Position numbers and translations under genes: made by a program. A stretch of 64,000 nucleotides of DNA, from contig CAWEZH010000002.1 in assembly GCA_963813535.1 (NCBI GenBank), forward strand, positions 896,001 to 960,000, read 5' to 3'. The DNA is from an uncultured Chloroflexia bacterium. Lineage in GTDB: Bacteria; Chloroflexota; Limnocylindria; Limnocylindrales; CSP1-4. Positions within the stretch are counted from its first letter, which is position 1. The number at the start of each line of letters is the position of its first letter. The notes beneath the pieces were generated by a model. The model had not been told where the DNA came from and did no database searches. It was given only the letters and a program-made list of their open reading frames with translations. Shown here one piece after another: positions 1-9,932 of the stretch.

Positions 1-1007
1 GGGCAGACCCAGCTGACGTTGGCCATGTCGGTGCTGCCCGCGTTCGGGTCGTCGCCCATGTCCTCGACGCCGTATGCAGCCATGTTGGCTCGGAAGCGTT
101 CGACCAGCGGGCGGTTGTTGCGCATCGTCGTCGCGCCGCCCGAGTATGTGACATCGACGGTCGTGCCGGTGGCCAGCGCCGCGCCCTCGGCGATCCGCGT
201 GAATTGCGCCTTCATCTCCTCGTAGTACCCGCTGTCGGTGCTTCGCAGCATGAACCACGCCGAGGTCCGGTCCGGGATGATGTTGGCAGCCGTCCCGCCC
301 TCGCTGATGATCCCGTGGACCCGAGCGTCCGGATGCAGCTGCTGGCGCCACAGGCCGACCGACGAGAAGAGCTGGATCATCGCGTCCAGCGCGTTCTTGC
401 CCTTCCACGGGTCGGAGGAAGCGTGGGCCTGCAGCCCGTGGAACACGACCTCGACGTCCTCCGAGGCGAGCGGATAGCTCTCGACGTGGGTCCGGTCGCA
501 CGGGTGGTAGAGCAGTGCCGCATCGATGCCTTCGAAGAGGCCGTCGTCGATCATGATCTGCTTGCCGCTGCCCCGCTCCTCGGCCGGCGTGCCGAGGAAG
601 ACGATCTCGCCCGGCAGTTCGTCGGCGATGGAGGCGAGGGCGATCGCGGCCCCGACCCCCGACGCCGCCATGGTGTTGTGACCACAACCGTGGCCGAGAC
701 CCGGTAACGCGTCGTACTCGGCGAGGATGCCGACCCTCGGGCCATCTCCGCCACGGGACCCGCGGCGGACCGCTCGGACCGCGGTCGCAAGGCTGCCGGC
801 GGGATGCTCGACCTCGAACCCGTGCCGCCTGAGGACCTCCGCCACCCAGGCCGAGGCGTGATGTTCCTCGAAGGCCGGTTCGGGATCCGCATGGATCCGA
901 TGCGAGAGGTCGATGATCTCGTCCCGGGCGGCCTCGACAGCGGCGGCGACGCGAGCCTTGACGTCGGTGAAGGGTTCGGCGGGGCGTACGGCGGTTCGGT
1001 CGGGCAC
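1..1007 (-). CDS. M20 family amidohydrolase (AbgB/ACY1L2-like), 3' end outside window
   Basis: Hand translation from GTG 1007 (AGGAGG at 1011-1017) gives ILAEYDALPGLGHGCGHN and FLGTPAEERGSGK motifs; absent from ORF track because it runs off the edge. Confidence 0.9.
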   Translation of the reverse strand, partial: MPDRTAVRPAEPFTDVKARVAAAVEAARDEIIDLSHRIHADPEPAFEEHHASAWVAEVLRRHGFEVEHPAGSLATAVRAVRRGSRGGDGPRVGILAEYDALPGLGHGCGHNTMAASGVGAAIALASIADELPGEIVFLGTPAEERGSGKQIMIDDGLFEGIDAALLYHPCDRTHVESYPLASEDVEVVFHGLQAHASSDPWKGKNALDAMIQLFSSVGLWRQQLHPDARVHGIISEGGTAANIIPDRTSAWFMLRSTDSGYYEEMKAQFTRIAEGAALATGTTVDVTYSGGATTMRNNRPLVERFRANMAAYGVEDMGDDPNAGSTDMANVSWVC

Positions 1008-1087
1008 TGGTCCTCCTGGCAAGCTGGGCATCGGACCGACTGGGACTGGTCCGACGGCGGATGGTACGGCGGCTCGCCGCACCGTGC

Positions 1088-1462
1088 TCAGCGCTCGGCG
1101 GACAGGGTGGCCTCGGCGACCGCCGCCAGGGCCAGGATGAACAGGGCGATCGGCAGCTCGAGCGCCGACTGGAGCCTGAGCACGATGAAGATCGCGACGA
1201 TCAGGCCGATCCAGCCTCCTCGACGTGCGGCGCGGACCCAGTCGCCGCGGTAAGCGATCCGGCGATGCCGGCCGAACACCAGCAGCCACGCGATGGGGGT
1301 CATCGTCAGCGCGATCGCGAGACCGATGAGCGCCGCCCCGACGAACCCGGCAACGGGCTCGGCGACCGGGTCGCGGGTCGTCACGATCAGCGCGACGAGA
1401 CCCCAGACGATGACGGCCGCGCCGAAGATCGCCAGGTTCACCAGTCGGTCGCGGGGCTCCAT
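1088..1462 (-). CDS. Hypothetical 4-TM membrane protein
   Basis: 124 aa ORF with four hydrophobic segments; TAGACT -10-like hexamer 8 nt upstream of ATG. Confidence 0.75.
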   Translation of the reverse strand: MEPRDRLVNLAIFGAAVIVWGLVALIVTTRDPVAEPVAGFVGAALIGLAIALTMTPIAWLLVFGRHRRIAYRGDWVRAARRGGWIGLIVAIFIVLRLQSALELPIALFILALAAVAEATLSAER

Positions 1463-1501
1463 GACGAGCGAGTCTAGGGCGCTGCCGCCCCCGCCACGGT
1501 C

Positions 1502-4500
1502 CTATCTCGGCCGGGCCACGCTCGATGGACAGATATCGCGGAACGGGCAGTAACTGCACGCCATCGGGTCCGGCGTGGCATCGAAGCGTCCTGCGCGGAT
1601 GCCACTCGCCACCGTCGAGATCTGCGTCCGCGCCTTGGCCACCCGCTTCGGATCGACGTCGACCTTGCCGACGAGCCCCGAGTCGAGGAAGTGGAGGGCG
1701 ACCTGGTCGGGCAGGCGGCCGGTCATGGCCTCGTAGCCCATCGCATAGATCTGGAGTTGGAGCGAGTCCCGCGCGCGCTGGCGGGCCTTGGCCGGGTCGC
1801 GCACGTCGGACGTCTTGTAATCGGTGATCGTCACTCGTTCGCGACCCATGATCCCGAGCGTCGGTGTCACGACATCGGCCGTCTGGGCGAGCACTTCCGT
1901 GGCGGAGGGCTGGCTCGTGGCAGCAGGCTCGTCTGCATCGGCAGCGACCTGTTCGATGTCCACCCGGTCCCACCTGCCACGGATCCGGTCGCCATCGAGA
2001 TCGAACGCGAACTCGCGCTCGACGTAGGTCGGGATCACCGCCTCCGGCCGTAGTTGCTCCTCGCGGAAGCGCCGAAGGGCCGAACGCGCCGCCTCGAGCC
2101 GTGCCTCTTCGTGCTCGCGGCTGACGAAGCCCTCGTTGGTCCACGCCGCGTCGAGCACCTCGTCGAGCTCGGCCTCGGACATGACCTGGCCACGTGCATG
2201 GCGGTGGTGGAAGACCTGGACGACCTTGTGCAGAGCCGCGCCATAGATGAGCGCGTGATGCGGCGCCACCGGGATGCGCAGCACATGCGCGTACTTGTAG
2301 CGAAGCGGACAGCTGAGGTACGCGTCGACCTGACCGAAGCTCAGCATCAGCGGCTCGTCACGTCGGACACGAGGAGCCGGCGCCGGGAGATCGACGGTCG
2401 CGAACGTGGCAAGCCGTTCCTCGGGCGCCGGCGCGACCGCCCCGAGACCCGGCGCGACCTCCGCGGCCGGCAGATCGAGGGCCTCGAGCACGAACGGCGA
2501 GACGCGTCGCGCGCGGGCGCCGCCGTAGTCGGCCGCGTGGCTCAGAATCAACTCGTCCCGTGCCCGGGTCATCGCCACGTAGCAGAGGCGTCGCTCCTCG
2601 GCGACCGCCCGCTCGGGCGTCATCGGTTCGCCACGGCCCAGCCCGGCCGGGAGCGGCAGCGGTTCGCCGCGGCCATTGCCCGGGAAACGGCCCGCCACCA
2701 GACCCGGCAGGTAGACGACCGGGAATTCCAGGCCCTTCGCCTTGTGGATCGTGAGGACGGCCACCGCGTCGGCGTCAGGGTCGAGATCAGCTGTCGCGGG
2801 ATCGTCGCCCGCGTCGATCAGGGTCTGGAGATGCTGCGCGACGAAGACCGCCCGGTCGTCGGCGAGGACCGCGGACTGGGCCCGGATCAGGTCGAAGAAC
2901 CGGGCGATGTTGCCGAGCCCCTCATCGGCCGCCGTGGTCGCGGTCGCTGCGAGCCGGGCGAGCAGCCCGCTGTCACGCAGGAAGGCGTACAGCACTTCGC
3001 CGGCGGGCCGCTCCTGGGCCATGACGGCGAACCGGGTGATGTCCGCCACCAGTCGGCGGATGGCCGCGCGTGAGGGCTCGGCCAGCCGCAGGATGCCGGG
3101 CTGCTGCTCGAGCTCCACCACCACGTCCCACGTCGACCGGTTGCGCCGGCGCGCCATGTTGACGATGGCGGAGAGATCCTCGGCGCCGACCGCATATACC
3201 TCGGACGACGCAAGGGCATACAGATCCACGCTCGAGTGCGGGTCGGCGACCGACCGAAGGAAGGCCAGGAGCAACCGGACTTCGGGCCGGGTGTAGAGGC
3301 CGGACGAACCGGAGAACCGCCACGGGACGCCGGCGACGTTGAGGGCGCGCAGGACCGGATCGGCGTGACCGTTCGCCCTGACGAGGACCGCGTGATCGCG
3401 CGGCGGGGCACCCTCGGCGACCCGACGTGCGATGTCCGCGGCGATCCAGTCGGCCTCCTCCGATCCCGTGACGAAGGCCTCCAGTCGCACCCGCGCCGGC
3501 GAGGGCTCGCGGCGCTCCGCCTTGAGACGTTTGGTCAGGCCGGTACGTACCTCCAACCGATCCGGGTCGTTGAACCGGACCAGCCGGTACGCCGCATCGA
3601 GGATCGGTGCCAGGGATCGATAGTTGCGGCGGAGGACGACCGTCCGTGCATCCGGGTAGCGGAGACCGAACCCGAGGATGTTGTCGATCGCCGCACCCCG
3701 GAACGCGTAGATCGCCTGGTCGTCATCGCCGACGACCGTCACGTTCCGGTGCGCCTCCGCGAGCAAGGTGACCAACTCGGCCTGGGCGCGGTTCGTGTCC
3801 TGGAACTCGTCCACGAGGATGTAGCGGAACCGGCCGGCGATCGCGCTCCGGGCGGCCGCTGACTCGCGCACCAGCTGCAGCGCCTGCGCGACCTGGTCCC
3901 CGAAGTCGATGAACCCGTTCGCCGCTAGAAGCTCCTGGTAGCGCGCATAGGCGCGCGCGAGCTCGCCCTGCCGGGCGGCCTCCTCGGCTGGTCCGGCGGC
4001 GGCATCGATCCCGGCTGTCTCGGCGAGCGCCGCCGCCTCCGCCGTCAGCCGGCTCGCATGGTCGATGTACGCGTCCGGGGTGACGTCCTCGTCCTTGCAG
4101 CGGCTGAACAACGTCACGAGGGCAGCCAGGAATCGGGTCGGGTCGCCGAGCGGCCGATAGGCGTCGAGCTCGAATTCGAACAGGTGCTCGCGGAGGAAGA
4201 TGACGCATTCGGCGCGCGACAGCACGCGCACGTCGGGCGGCAGGCCCAGCTCGAGGGCGTGCTCGCGGATCAGCCGGTCTCCGAACGCATGGAAGGTCGA
4301 GATCGCGGTGTCCGTGTAGCCGTATGGCGCCAGCTGGTCGACGCGAACGGTCATCTCGTCGGCCGCCTTGTCGGTGAACGTGAGGGCCAGGATCTCCGAG
4401 GGCTTGGCGCGTCGGGTGGCGATGAGCCAGGCGATCCGGCGGGTGATGACCTGGGTCTTCCCCGTGCCAGCGCCTGCCACGACGAGCAGCGGCCCATCCT

Positions 4501-4723
4501 CGTGTGTCACCGCGCGACGCTGGTCGGGATCGAGCCCGCCCAGCAGGCCATCCATGCCGTCGGGCACCGCAGCGCCCGCGACAGCGGGGTCCATGACGGG
4601 GACGAGCTCCCGCCATGCGGGGATCTGCTCCAGCGGCACCGGTCCGCGGCGACGAGCCCGGACCGTCGGCCGTGTCACGGTGCGGGGCGCGGGAGGTGCT
4701 GTCGGGTCGACGGTGGGGGCCAT
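1502..4723 (-). CDS. UvrD/PcrA-like SF1 helicase fused to C-terminal PD-(D/E)XK nuclease (AdnA/AddA-like)
   Basis: AGAGTGKT, ILVDEFQD, VGDDDQAIY, TIHKAKGLEF, EERRLCYVAMTRA; nuclease RWDRVD..TDYKT..QLQIYA; Cys pattern CPLRY..CSYCPFRDIC. Start taken at ATG 4723. Confidence 0.9.
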   Translation of the reverse strand: MAPTVDPTAPPAPRTVTRPTVRARRRGPVPLEQIPAWRELVPVMDPAVAGAAVPDGMDGLLGGLDPDQRRAVTHEDGPLLVVAGAGTGKTQVITRRIAWLIATRRAKPSEILALTFTDKAADEMTVRVDQLAPYGYTDTAISTFHAFGDRLIREHALELGLPPDVRVLSRAECVIFLREHLFEFELDAYRPLGDPTRFLAALVTLFSRCKDEDVTPDAYIDHASRLTAEAAALAETAGIDAAAGPAEEAARQGELARAYARYQELLAANGFIDFGDQVAQALQLVRESAAARSAIAGRFRYILVDEFQDTNRAQAELVTLLAEAHRNVTVVGDDDQAIYAFRGAAIDNILGFGLRYPDARTVVLRRNYRSLAPILDAAYRLVRFNDPDRLEVRTGLTKRLKAERREPSPARVRLEAFVTGSEEADWIAADIARRVAEGAPPRDHAVLVRANGHADPVLRALNVAGVPWRFSGSSGLYTRPEVRLLLAFLRSVADPHSSVDLYALASSEVYAVGAEDLSAIVNMARRRNRSTWDVVVELEQQPGILRLAEPSRAAIRRLVADITRFAVMAQERPAGEVLYAFLRDSGLLARLAATATTAADEGLGNIARFFDLIRAQSAVLADDRAVFVAQHLQTLIDAGDDPATADLDPDADAVAVLTIHKAKGLEFPVVYLPGLVAGRFPGNGRGEPLPLPAGLGRGEPMTPERAVAEERRLCYVAMTRARDELILSHAADYGGARARRVSPFVLEALDLPAAEVAPGLGAVAPAPEERLATFATVDLPAPAPRVRRDEPLMLSFGQVDAYLSCPLRYKYAHVLRIPVAPHHALIYGAALHKVVQVFHHRHARGQVMSEAELDEVLDAAWTNEGFVSREHEEARLEAARSALRRFREEQLRPEAVIPTYVEREFAFDLDGDRIRGRWDRVDIEQVAADADEPAATSQPSATEVLAQTADVVTPTLGIMGRERVTITDYKTSDVRDPAKARQRARDSLQLQIYAMGYEAMTGRLPDQVALHFLDSGLVGKVDVDPKRVAKARTQISTVASGIRAGRFDATPDPMACSYCPFRDICPSSVARPR

Positions 4724-4760
4724 GTGCGGACCATCGCCGACCGCCGTGACACCTAGGCTG

Positions 4761-5249
4761 TCAGGCCGTCGCCTGCTTGATCGCCGCGGTCTCCTCGTCC
4801 GACAGCGCGCCATCCGAGCGGCCCGCCCGGATGGCCTTGGCGTAGACGCGCGTGCCCGTGCGCGCGTGCAGGCTCGACAGGACCCAGCCGTTGCCCTCGG
4901 CGTCGAGCAGCGCCAGCGCGAAGCTCTGGTTGCCGCCGGTGTCCTCGAACGGATTGAACCGCACGAGGCCGACACGTTGGAAGGCCCGAGGTGCCGCCGC
5001 CTCCAACCGGCTCGTCCGCGTGTCCAGCCGATCGACGACCTGGCCGAGCACGTGGACGCGTTCGAGGTGCGCGCCCAGTACGTCGCCGAGGTCGCCGTCC
5101 TCGCCTCGCGTCAGCCCCGTCAGCCTCGTCCGGAGGGTGCTCACTTGCCGGCCGAGCCAGGCCACCAGCACGAGGAGGATCAGGACGACGACGACAAGCC
5201 CGATGACGATCGTTTCGATGTTCGAGGACACCTGTGAGGTCAGGTCGAT
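4761..5249 (-). CDS. DUF4446 family membrane-anchored protein; start ATC 5249 (inferred) or GTG 5231
   Basis: N-terminal TM plus VGLVRFNPFEDTGGNQSFALALLD and YAK motifs; GGAGG at 5258-5262 lies 8 nt before the in-frame ATC. Confidence 0.85.
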   Translation of the reverse strand: MDLTSQVSSNIETIVIGLVVVVLILLVLVAWLGRQVSTLRTRLTGLTRGEDGDLGDVLGAHLERVHVLGQVVDRLDTRTSRLEAAAPRAFQRVGLVRFNPFEDTGGNQSFALALLDAEGNGWVLSSLHARTGTRVYAKAIRAGRSDGALSDEETAAIKQATA

Positions 5250-5421
5250 CGGTCGATCCTCCGAGGGCTGGGGGTCGGCGCGAGTCTAGCAGTCGACCCT
5301 GCACGGCCACCCATCGGAGCGCCCACAGCGGCGGTGCTATCCTCTGCCGCTGGGCAGGCAGGCCGCATCGACCGCGACGCCACCGCCGATCCACGACCGT
5401 CCCGGAGGATCACTCGCGACC

Positions 5422-5820
5422 ATGGCGAAGCGTCTACGCGGCAGCTCGACCCGCCCCGGCCAACGGGCACGACTGCAGCGCCGCGCGCCGAGCTCGCGCC
5501 CTTCGGCCCAGCCCACGTCGCCCGCTCCGACCTCGCTCACCGAGGCCGAGGAAGCGCGTGCAGCCGAGCTCGAAGCCGCGATCGTCGCATCCGAACGCAC
5601 AGCCGAGGCGACGGTCGCGCGCACTCGCGAGCGCTCACGTCGGCAGATGCACGCCGAGTCGACCGGTCCGCGAAGCGGATCGATCGCGCTCCGCGCGAGC
5701 CAGGAATACGCGTACGTCAGTCGCGACGTCCGGCGCATCGTCATCATCGGTGGGTCGTTGATCGGCCTGCTGCTGGGTATCTGGGTCGTCGTCGAGGCGA
5801 CCGGCGTGGGTCCGTTCTGA
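5422..5820 (+). CDS. Hypothetical protein with C-terminal TM helix
   Basis: GGAGG upstream; basic N-terminus, EYAYVSRDVRRI then hydrophobic helix. Confidence 0.7.
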   Translation: MAKRLRGSSTRPGQRARLQRRAPSSRPSAQPTSPAPTSLTEAEEARAAELEAAIVASERTAEATVARTRERSRRQMHAESTGPRSGSIALRASQEYAYVSRDVRRIVIIGGSLIGLLLGIWVVVEATGVGPF

Positions 5821-5835
5821 CCGACGCCCTGGAAC

Positions 5836-6402
5836 TCAACCCCGGATCGGCTCGTAACCAAGGTGCAGGGCGCCGCTCGCGAACGTGTGCGTGGCGACGA
5901 GCCGGAGGCGGAGCGGCGTGTCGAGCTTCGGGAAGAACGGCGTGCCCGCGCCGAGCGCGACGGGGTGGACGACCAGGTCGTAGCGGTCGATCAGGCCGCG
6001 CTCGATGAACGCCCGGGCGAGGGTCGCGCCGCTGATGTCCAGGTCTCCCGAGAACTCGTCGCGGATGCGAGTCAGCTCTTCGACGGCGTCGCCGCGCACG
6101 AGCCGGCAGTTCGAGACCACCTCAGCCAGCGTGGATGAGAAGACGATCTTCGGCTTCGCGTTCCAGCTCCTGGCGTAGTCGAGCATGAAGTCGGTGGCGG
6201 CCGGGTCCGACTCGGCCGTCGGCCAGTACGCCGCCATGCCCTCGTAGAGCCGCCGACCATAGACCAGGGCGTCCGCGTCACGGACGCGGTCCCCGAACCA
6301 GCGATGGATCTCCTCGTTCACGGTCGTCCAATCGAGTGCGTGGTCGGGGGTCTCGACGAAGCCGTCGAGCGAGACATTCATCAGGTATACGAGCCGGCCC
6401 AT
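5836..6402 (-). CDS. Dihydrofolate reductase-like / RibD C-terminal domain protein
   Basis: MNVSLDGFV, GRRLYE, KIVFSSTL, HPVALGAGTPFF. Confidence 0.9.
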   Translation of the reverse strand: MGRLVYLMNVSLDGFVETPDHALDWTTVNEEIHRWFGDRVRDADALVYGRRLYEGMAAYWPTAESDPAATDFMLDYARSWNAKPKIVFSSTLAEVVSNCRLVRGDAVEELTRIRDEFSGDLDISGATLARAFIERGLIDRYDLVVHPVALGAGTPFFPKLDTPLRLRLVATHTFASGALHLGYEPIRG

Positions 6403-6536
6403 GGGCACCTCCACCGCTTGTTGATACGACGTGTCGACTCGGCCGTTCGCGACTCGCGGGCACGAATCCCATCGCCTGCGTGGATTCGATCCGGGCCTGA
6501 CACTGGCTCCACCAAGGAATGTGATCGGAGGTCATC

Positions 6537-6890
6537 ATGGGTGAGTTGATCGGGATCGCTCGATTTCGGTTCCATCCCGGCAAGGTCGAGGAGTACAAGC
6601 GGCTGTCCGCGCAGGCGATGGACATCGTCCGAGCGAAGGAGAGCGGCACCCTGGAGTATGCGATCTACTTCAACGAGGACGAAACCGAGGCAGTCGTGAT
6701 CGAGCGCTTCGCGAGCTCCGAGGCGCTGATCGAGCACGGCGCGAACATGAGCGAGATATCGCCGGCGGTCCTCGCGACGGGGACCGTCGAGGGCGAGCTC
6801 CTCGGTGAGCCGAACGCGGAGCTTCGCGCGAATCTCACGGGACCTGAGCCGGAGCTGTTCACGCCGTTCATGTCGCTGAAACCTAGATAG
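6537..6890 (+). CDS. ABM-like / putative quinol monooxygenase fold protein
   Basis: ARFRFHPGK..KESGTLEYAIY..VIERFASSEALIEH; GGAGG RBS. Confidence 0.75.
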   Translation: MGELIGIARFRFHPGKVEEYKRLSAQAMDIVRAKESGTLEYAIYFNEDETEAVVIERFASSEALIEHGANMSEISPAVLATGTVEGELLGEPNAELRANLTGPEPELFTPFMSLKPR

Positions 6891-6940
6891 GCGTCCTACA
6901 CCTTAACTTCGGTACCCACGGTCGGCCCTAGACTGGCCAC

Positions 6941-8443
6941 ATGCCGACCACCCGTCCCAAGGCAGGCGGCGTCAGACCTCAACCGCTGTTCCAACCGCCC
7001 CCGGGCGCGCAGCCGCTCGCAGCGCGCATGCGACCGCGCGATCTGGACGAGTTCGTCGGGCAGGAGCACCTGGTCGGCGAACGGGGACCGTTGCGCCGTT
7101 CACTCGCTCGGGGACACCTTGCGTCGATCGTCCTGTGGGGCCCGCCCGGCACCGGCAAGACGACGCTCGCACGGCTGCTGGCGGATGCGATCGGCGCCGA
7201 GATGATCGCCATTTCCGCTGTCTCGTCCGGCGTCGCCGAGGTCCGGGGAGCGGTCGCGCAGGCCCAGGACCGGTTGTCGATGAACGGCCAGCGCACCGTC
7301 CTGTTCATCGACGAGATCCACCGCTTCAACAAGGCCCAGCAGGACGCCCTTCTCCCCTACGTGGAGGACGGCACCATCACCCTGACCGGAACGACCACCG
7401 AGAACCCGTATTTCGAGGTGAATTCGGCGCTCCTGTCGCGGATGCGCGTCTGGCGACTCGAAGCGCTGACCGACGAGGACGTCGGGACGGTCGTCCACCG
7501 CGCACTCGAGGACGACCAGCGCGGCCTCGCCGGTTCGCTCGGCCCGGAGGGCGGGGTCGCCCTGGCAGAGGATGCCTTCGATCACCTGGTCGGGCTGGCC
7601 GGAGGCGACGCACGATCGGCGTTGAACGTCCTCGAGGGGGCCGTCGCGCTCGCGGAATCGGAGGGTGTCCGCGACACGGACGGCAAGGTCACGCCTCGAC
7701 TCGAGGACGTCGAGGCGGCGGCACAGCAGCGCGTGCTGGCGTACGACCGGGCGGGTGACGGTCACTACGACACCGTCTCGGCGTTCATCAAGAGCCTGCG
7801 GGGCAACGATCCGGATGCGGCGCTGTACTGGCTGGCCTCGATGGTCGCTGCCGGCGAGGACCCGCAATTCATCGCCCGACGGCTGATCATCTCCGCGTCG
7901 GAGGACGTCGGCAACGCCGATCCGCGGGCGCTCCAGGTTGCGGTGGCAGCGGCTCAGGCGCTCGACCACGTCGGGCTCCCGGAGGCGCAGTACGCACTGG
8001 CGCAGGCGACGACGTACATCGCCACCGCCCCGAAGTCGAACCGGTCGGGCTCGGCGTATTGGGCGGCCGTGAGCGACGTCGAAGGGCGAGGCTCGCTACC
8101 GGTGCCGCTCCACCTCCGCCAGGCGCCGCATCGGCTGATGCGGCAACACGGCATGGGGGTCGGCTATCAGTTCCCGCACGACTTCGAAGAGGCCGATGTC
8201 GCACAGCAATATCTGCCGGACGAGCTTGCGGACCGGCGCTATTACCTGCCGATCGAGCAGGGCTACGAGGCCACCATCGCGGACCGGATGACGGCACGGG
8301 CGGAGAACCGAGCGAGCGGAAAGCCGAAGCGCTCGACGGCGCCCAAGCCGGACGTTGCCAAGGGCGCCGGTGGCGACCTCATGCGGACGCGGGAGGCGAA
8401 CCGCAAGAAGCTGGCCGAGACCGAGAAGCGCGACGCCACTTGA
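6941..8443 (+). CDS. rarA: Replication-associated recombination protein A
   Basis: PLAARMRP, GPPGTGKTT, LFIDEIHRFNKAQQDALLP, SAFIKSLRG, ASEDVGNADP. Confidence 0.95.
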   Translation: MPTTRPKAGGVRPQPLFQPPPGAQPLAARMRPRDLDEFVGQEHLVGERGPLRRSLARGHLASIVLWGPPGTGKTTLARLLADAIGAEMIAISAVSSGVAEVRGAVAQAQDRLSMNGQRTVLFIDEIHRFNKAQQDALLPYVEDGTITLTGTTTENPYFEVNSALLSRMRVWRLEALTDEDVGTVVHRALEDDQRGLAGSLGPEGGVALAEDAFDHLVGLAGGDARSALNVLEGAVALAESEGVRDTDGKVTPRLEDVEAAAQQRVLAYDRAGDGHYDTVSAFIKSLRGNDPDAALYWLASMVAAGEDPQFIARRLIISASEDVGNADPRALQVAVAAAQALDHVGLPEAQYALAQATTYIATAPKSNRSGSAYWAAVSDVEGRGSLPVPLHLRQAPHRLMRQHGMGVGYQFPHDFEEADVAQQYLPDELADRRYYLPIEQGYEATIADRMTARAENRASGKPKRSTAPKPDVAKGAGGDLMRTREANRKKLAETEKRDAT

Positions 8444-8473
8444 GCCGGCGACGAGCCGCGGCCCAGCCATAGG

Positions 8474-8848
8474 TCAGAGCGGGGTGAGCCGAAGCGTGGA
8501 CTCGACCGAGGATGGGGATGTGACCGACCCAACGACCCTCGGGCCATAGCGGTCGTACTTGGCGTGGTACGCAGCCGTCACGGCGTCTTGCACCTCGTCG
8601 CCCGGCACCTCGAAGGCGACGTCCCGTTCGACGCCGCCCGCTCGGATCCGCCCTCTGCCCGTCGCGACGGTGCCCTGGTACCAGGCCCCTTCGCGACCCT
8701 TGACGGACCGCACGTAGAGATCGTCGCCGGAGCGAACGACCCAGATGGTCACGAACGGGCGGAAGCTGCCGTCGGGGCGTCGCGCGGCGATGTCGATTTC
8801 CTCGGCATCGCCGACACGCGTCAGTTCTTCGGGGGTCCAGGTAGGCAT
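8474..8848 (-). CDS. DUF2255 family protein
   Basis: MPTWTPEEL..VTIWVVRSGDDLYVRS..AYHAKY. Confidence 0.8.
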   Translation of the reverse strand: MPTWTPEELTRVGDAEEIDIAARRPDGSFRPFVTIWVVRSGDDLYVRSVKGREGAWYQGTVATGRGRIRAGGVERDVAFEVPGDEVQDAVTAAYHAKYDRYGPRVVGSVTSPSSVESTLRLTPL

Positions 8849-8852
8849 TCGA

Positions 8853-9692
8853 TCAGTCCTCGATGTCCAGCGAGATGAAGCGCGCACGGTTGAGATCGAT
8901 GTCGGCCTGGAGCTCTGCGACCTTCTGCTCCGTCCCGCCGATGGAGTCAGCACCGGCGATGAAGCGACGCCGAGGCGGCTCCTCGTTGGCGACGATGACG
9001 AGCGCCTCGGCAAGCTTGGCAGGATCACCCGACTGCCTGCCGTCTTGGGCGGTCCATCCGGCCATGAGCGCGGCACGTCGCTCGGCGTAATCCTCGATCA
9101 AGGGCGACGCGTAGTTGGTCGACTGCGGCGTGAGTAGCTCGGTGCGGAAGTAGCCCGGGTTGACGATGGTCGTGTGGATGCCGAACGGCGCAACCTCCGG
9201 TCGCAGCGACTCCATCCAGCCCTCGATGCCGAACTTGGACGCGGCGTACGCCGTCCCGAACTCGAAGCCAGCGAGGCCGGCGCTCGACGAGATGGTGATC
9301 ACGTGACCCGAACGCTGCTTCCGCATGACGGGTAGGACGGCGCGCGTGACATTCATCGGACCGACGAGGGTCGTCGCGAGCTGGCGCTCCATCTGCTCCT
9401 CGGTGAGCTCCTCGAAGAAGCCGGCGTAGAAGTTGCCCGCGTTGTTGACGAGTACGTCGATGCGATCGAAGCGGTCGACCGCGGCCGCGACCGCCGCCTC
9501 GGCGTCCGGCTGGCTCGTGACGTCGAGCTTGACCGCGAGCAGGTAGTCGGTCTCGCCGACGGCGTTCGACACGGCATCGGGGTCGCGCCCGGTCGCGACC
9601 ACCGCGTTTCCTGCCGCGAGCGCAGACTTGGCGATGTCGACGCCCATGCCGCGCCCGGCGCCGGTGATGAACCAGACCTTCTTGTCAGCCAT
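8853..9692 (-). CDS. Short-chain dehydrogenase/reductase
   Basis: TGAGRGMG, NNAG, YAASK; AAGGAG RBS. Confidence 0.92.
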   Translation of the reverse strand: MADKKVWFITGAGRGMGVDIAKSALAAGNAVVATGRDPDAVSNAVGETDYLLAVKLDVTSQPDAEAAVAAAVDRFDRIDVLVNNAGNFYAGFFEELTEEQMERQLATTLVGPMNVTRAVLPVMRKQRSGHVITISSSAGLAGFEFGTAYAASKFGIEGWMESLRPEVAPFGIHTTIVNPGYFRTELLTPQSTNYASPLIEDYAERRAALMAGWTAQDGRQSGDPAKLAEALVIVANEEPPRRRFIAGADSIGGTEQKVAELQADIDLNRARFISLDIED

Positions 9693-9794
9693 CTGTCTCT
9701 CCTTGATCGAGGTTGGCCGCTTCTTCGTTGGTGCGCCAGTTGGCAAGCTCGAATGCGAGGCGGCCACAGCCCCACCCGACCATGAAGGACCCGC

Positions 9795-9911
9795 ATGACA
9801 ACCACGCAACCCACGATCACCCTCAACAACGGCGTCGAACTATCGGCTCTCGGGTTCGGCGTCTTCCAGACGATCGACTTCCTGCCGTGGGGCCGCTCCA
9901 TCCCGGAGTGA
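9795..9911 (+). pseudogene. Internally deleted aldo/keto reductase remnant (38 aa)
   Basis: MTTTQPTITLNNGVELSALGFGVFQT matches the AKR5/DkgA-type N-terminus, followed directly by IDFLPWGRSIPE-stop; GAAGGA RBS. Confidence 0.75.
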
Positions 9912-9932
9912 CCCACGGTGTTCGTGGCACCG

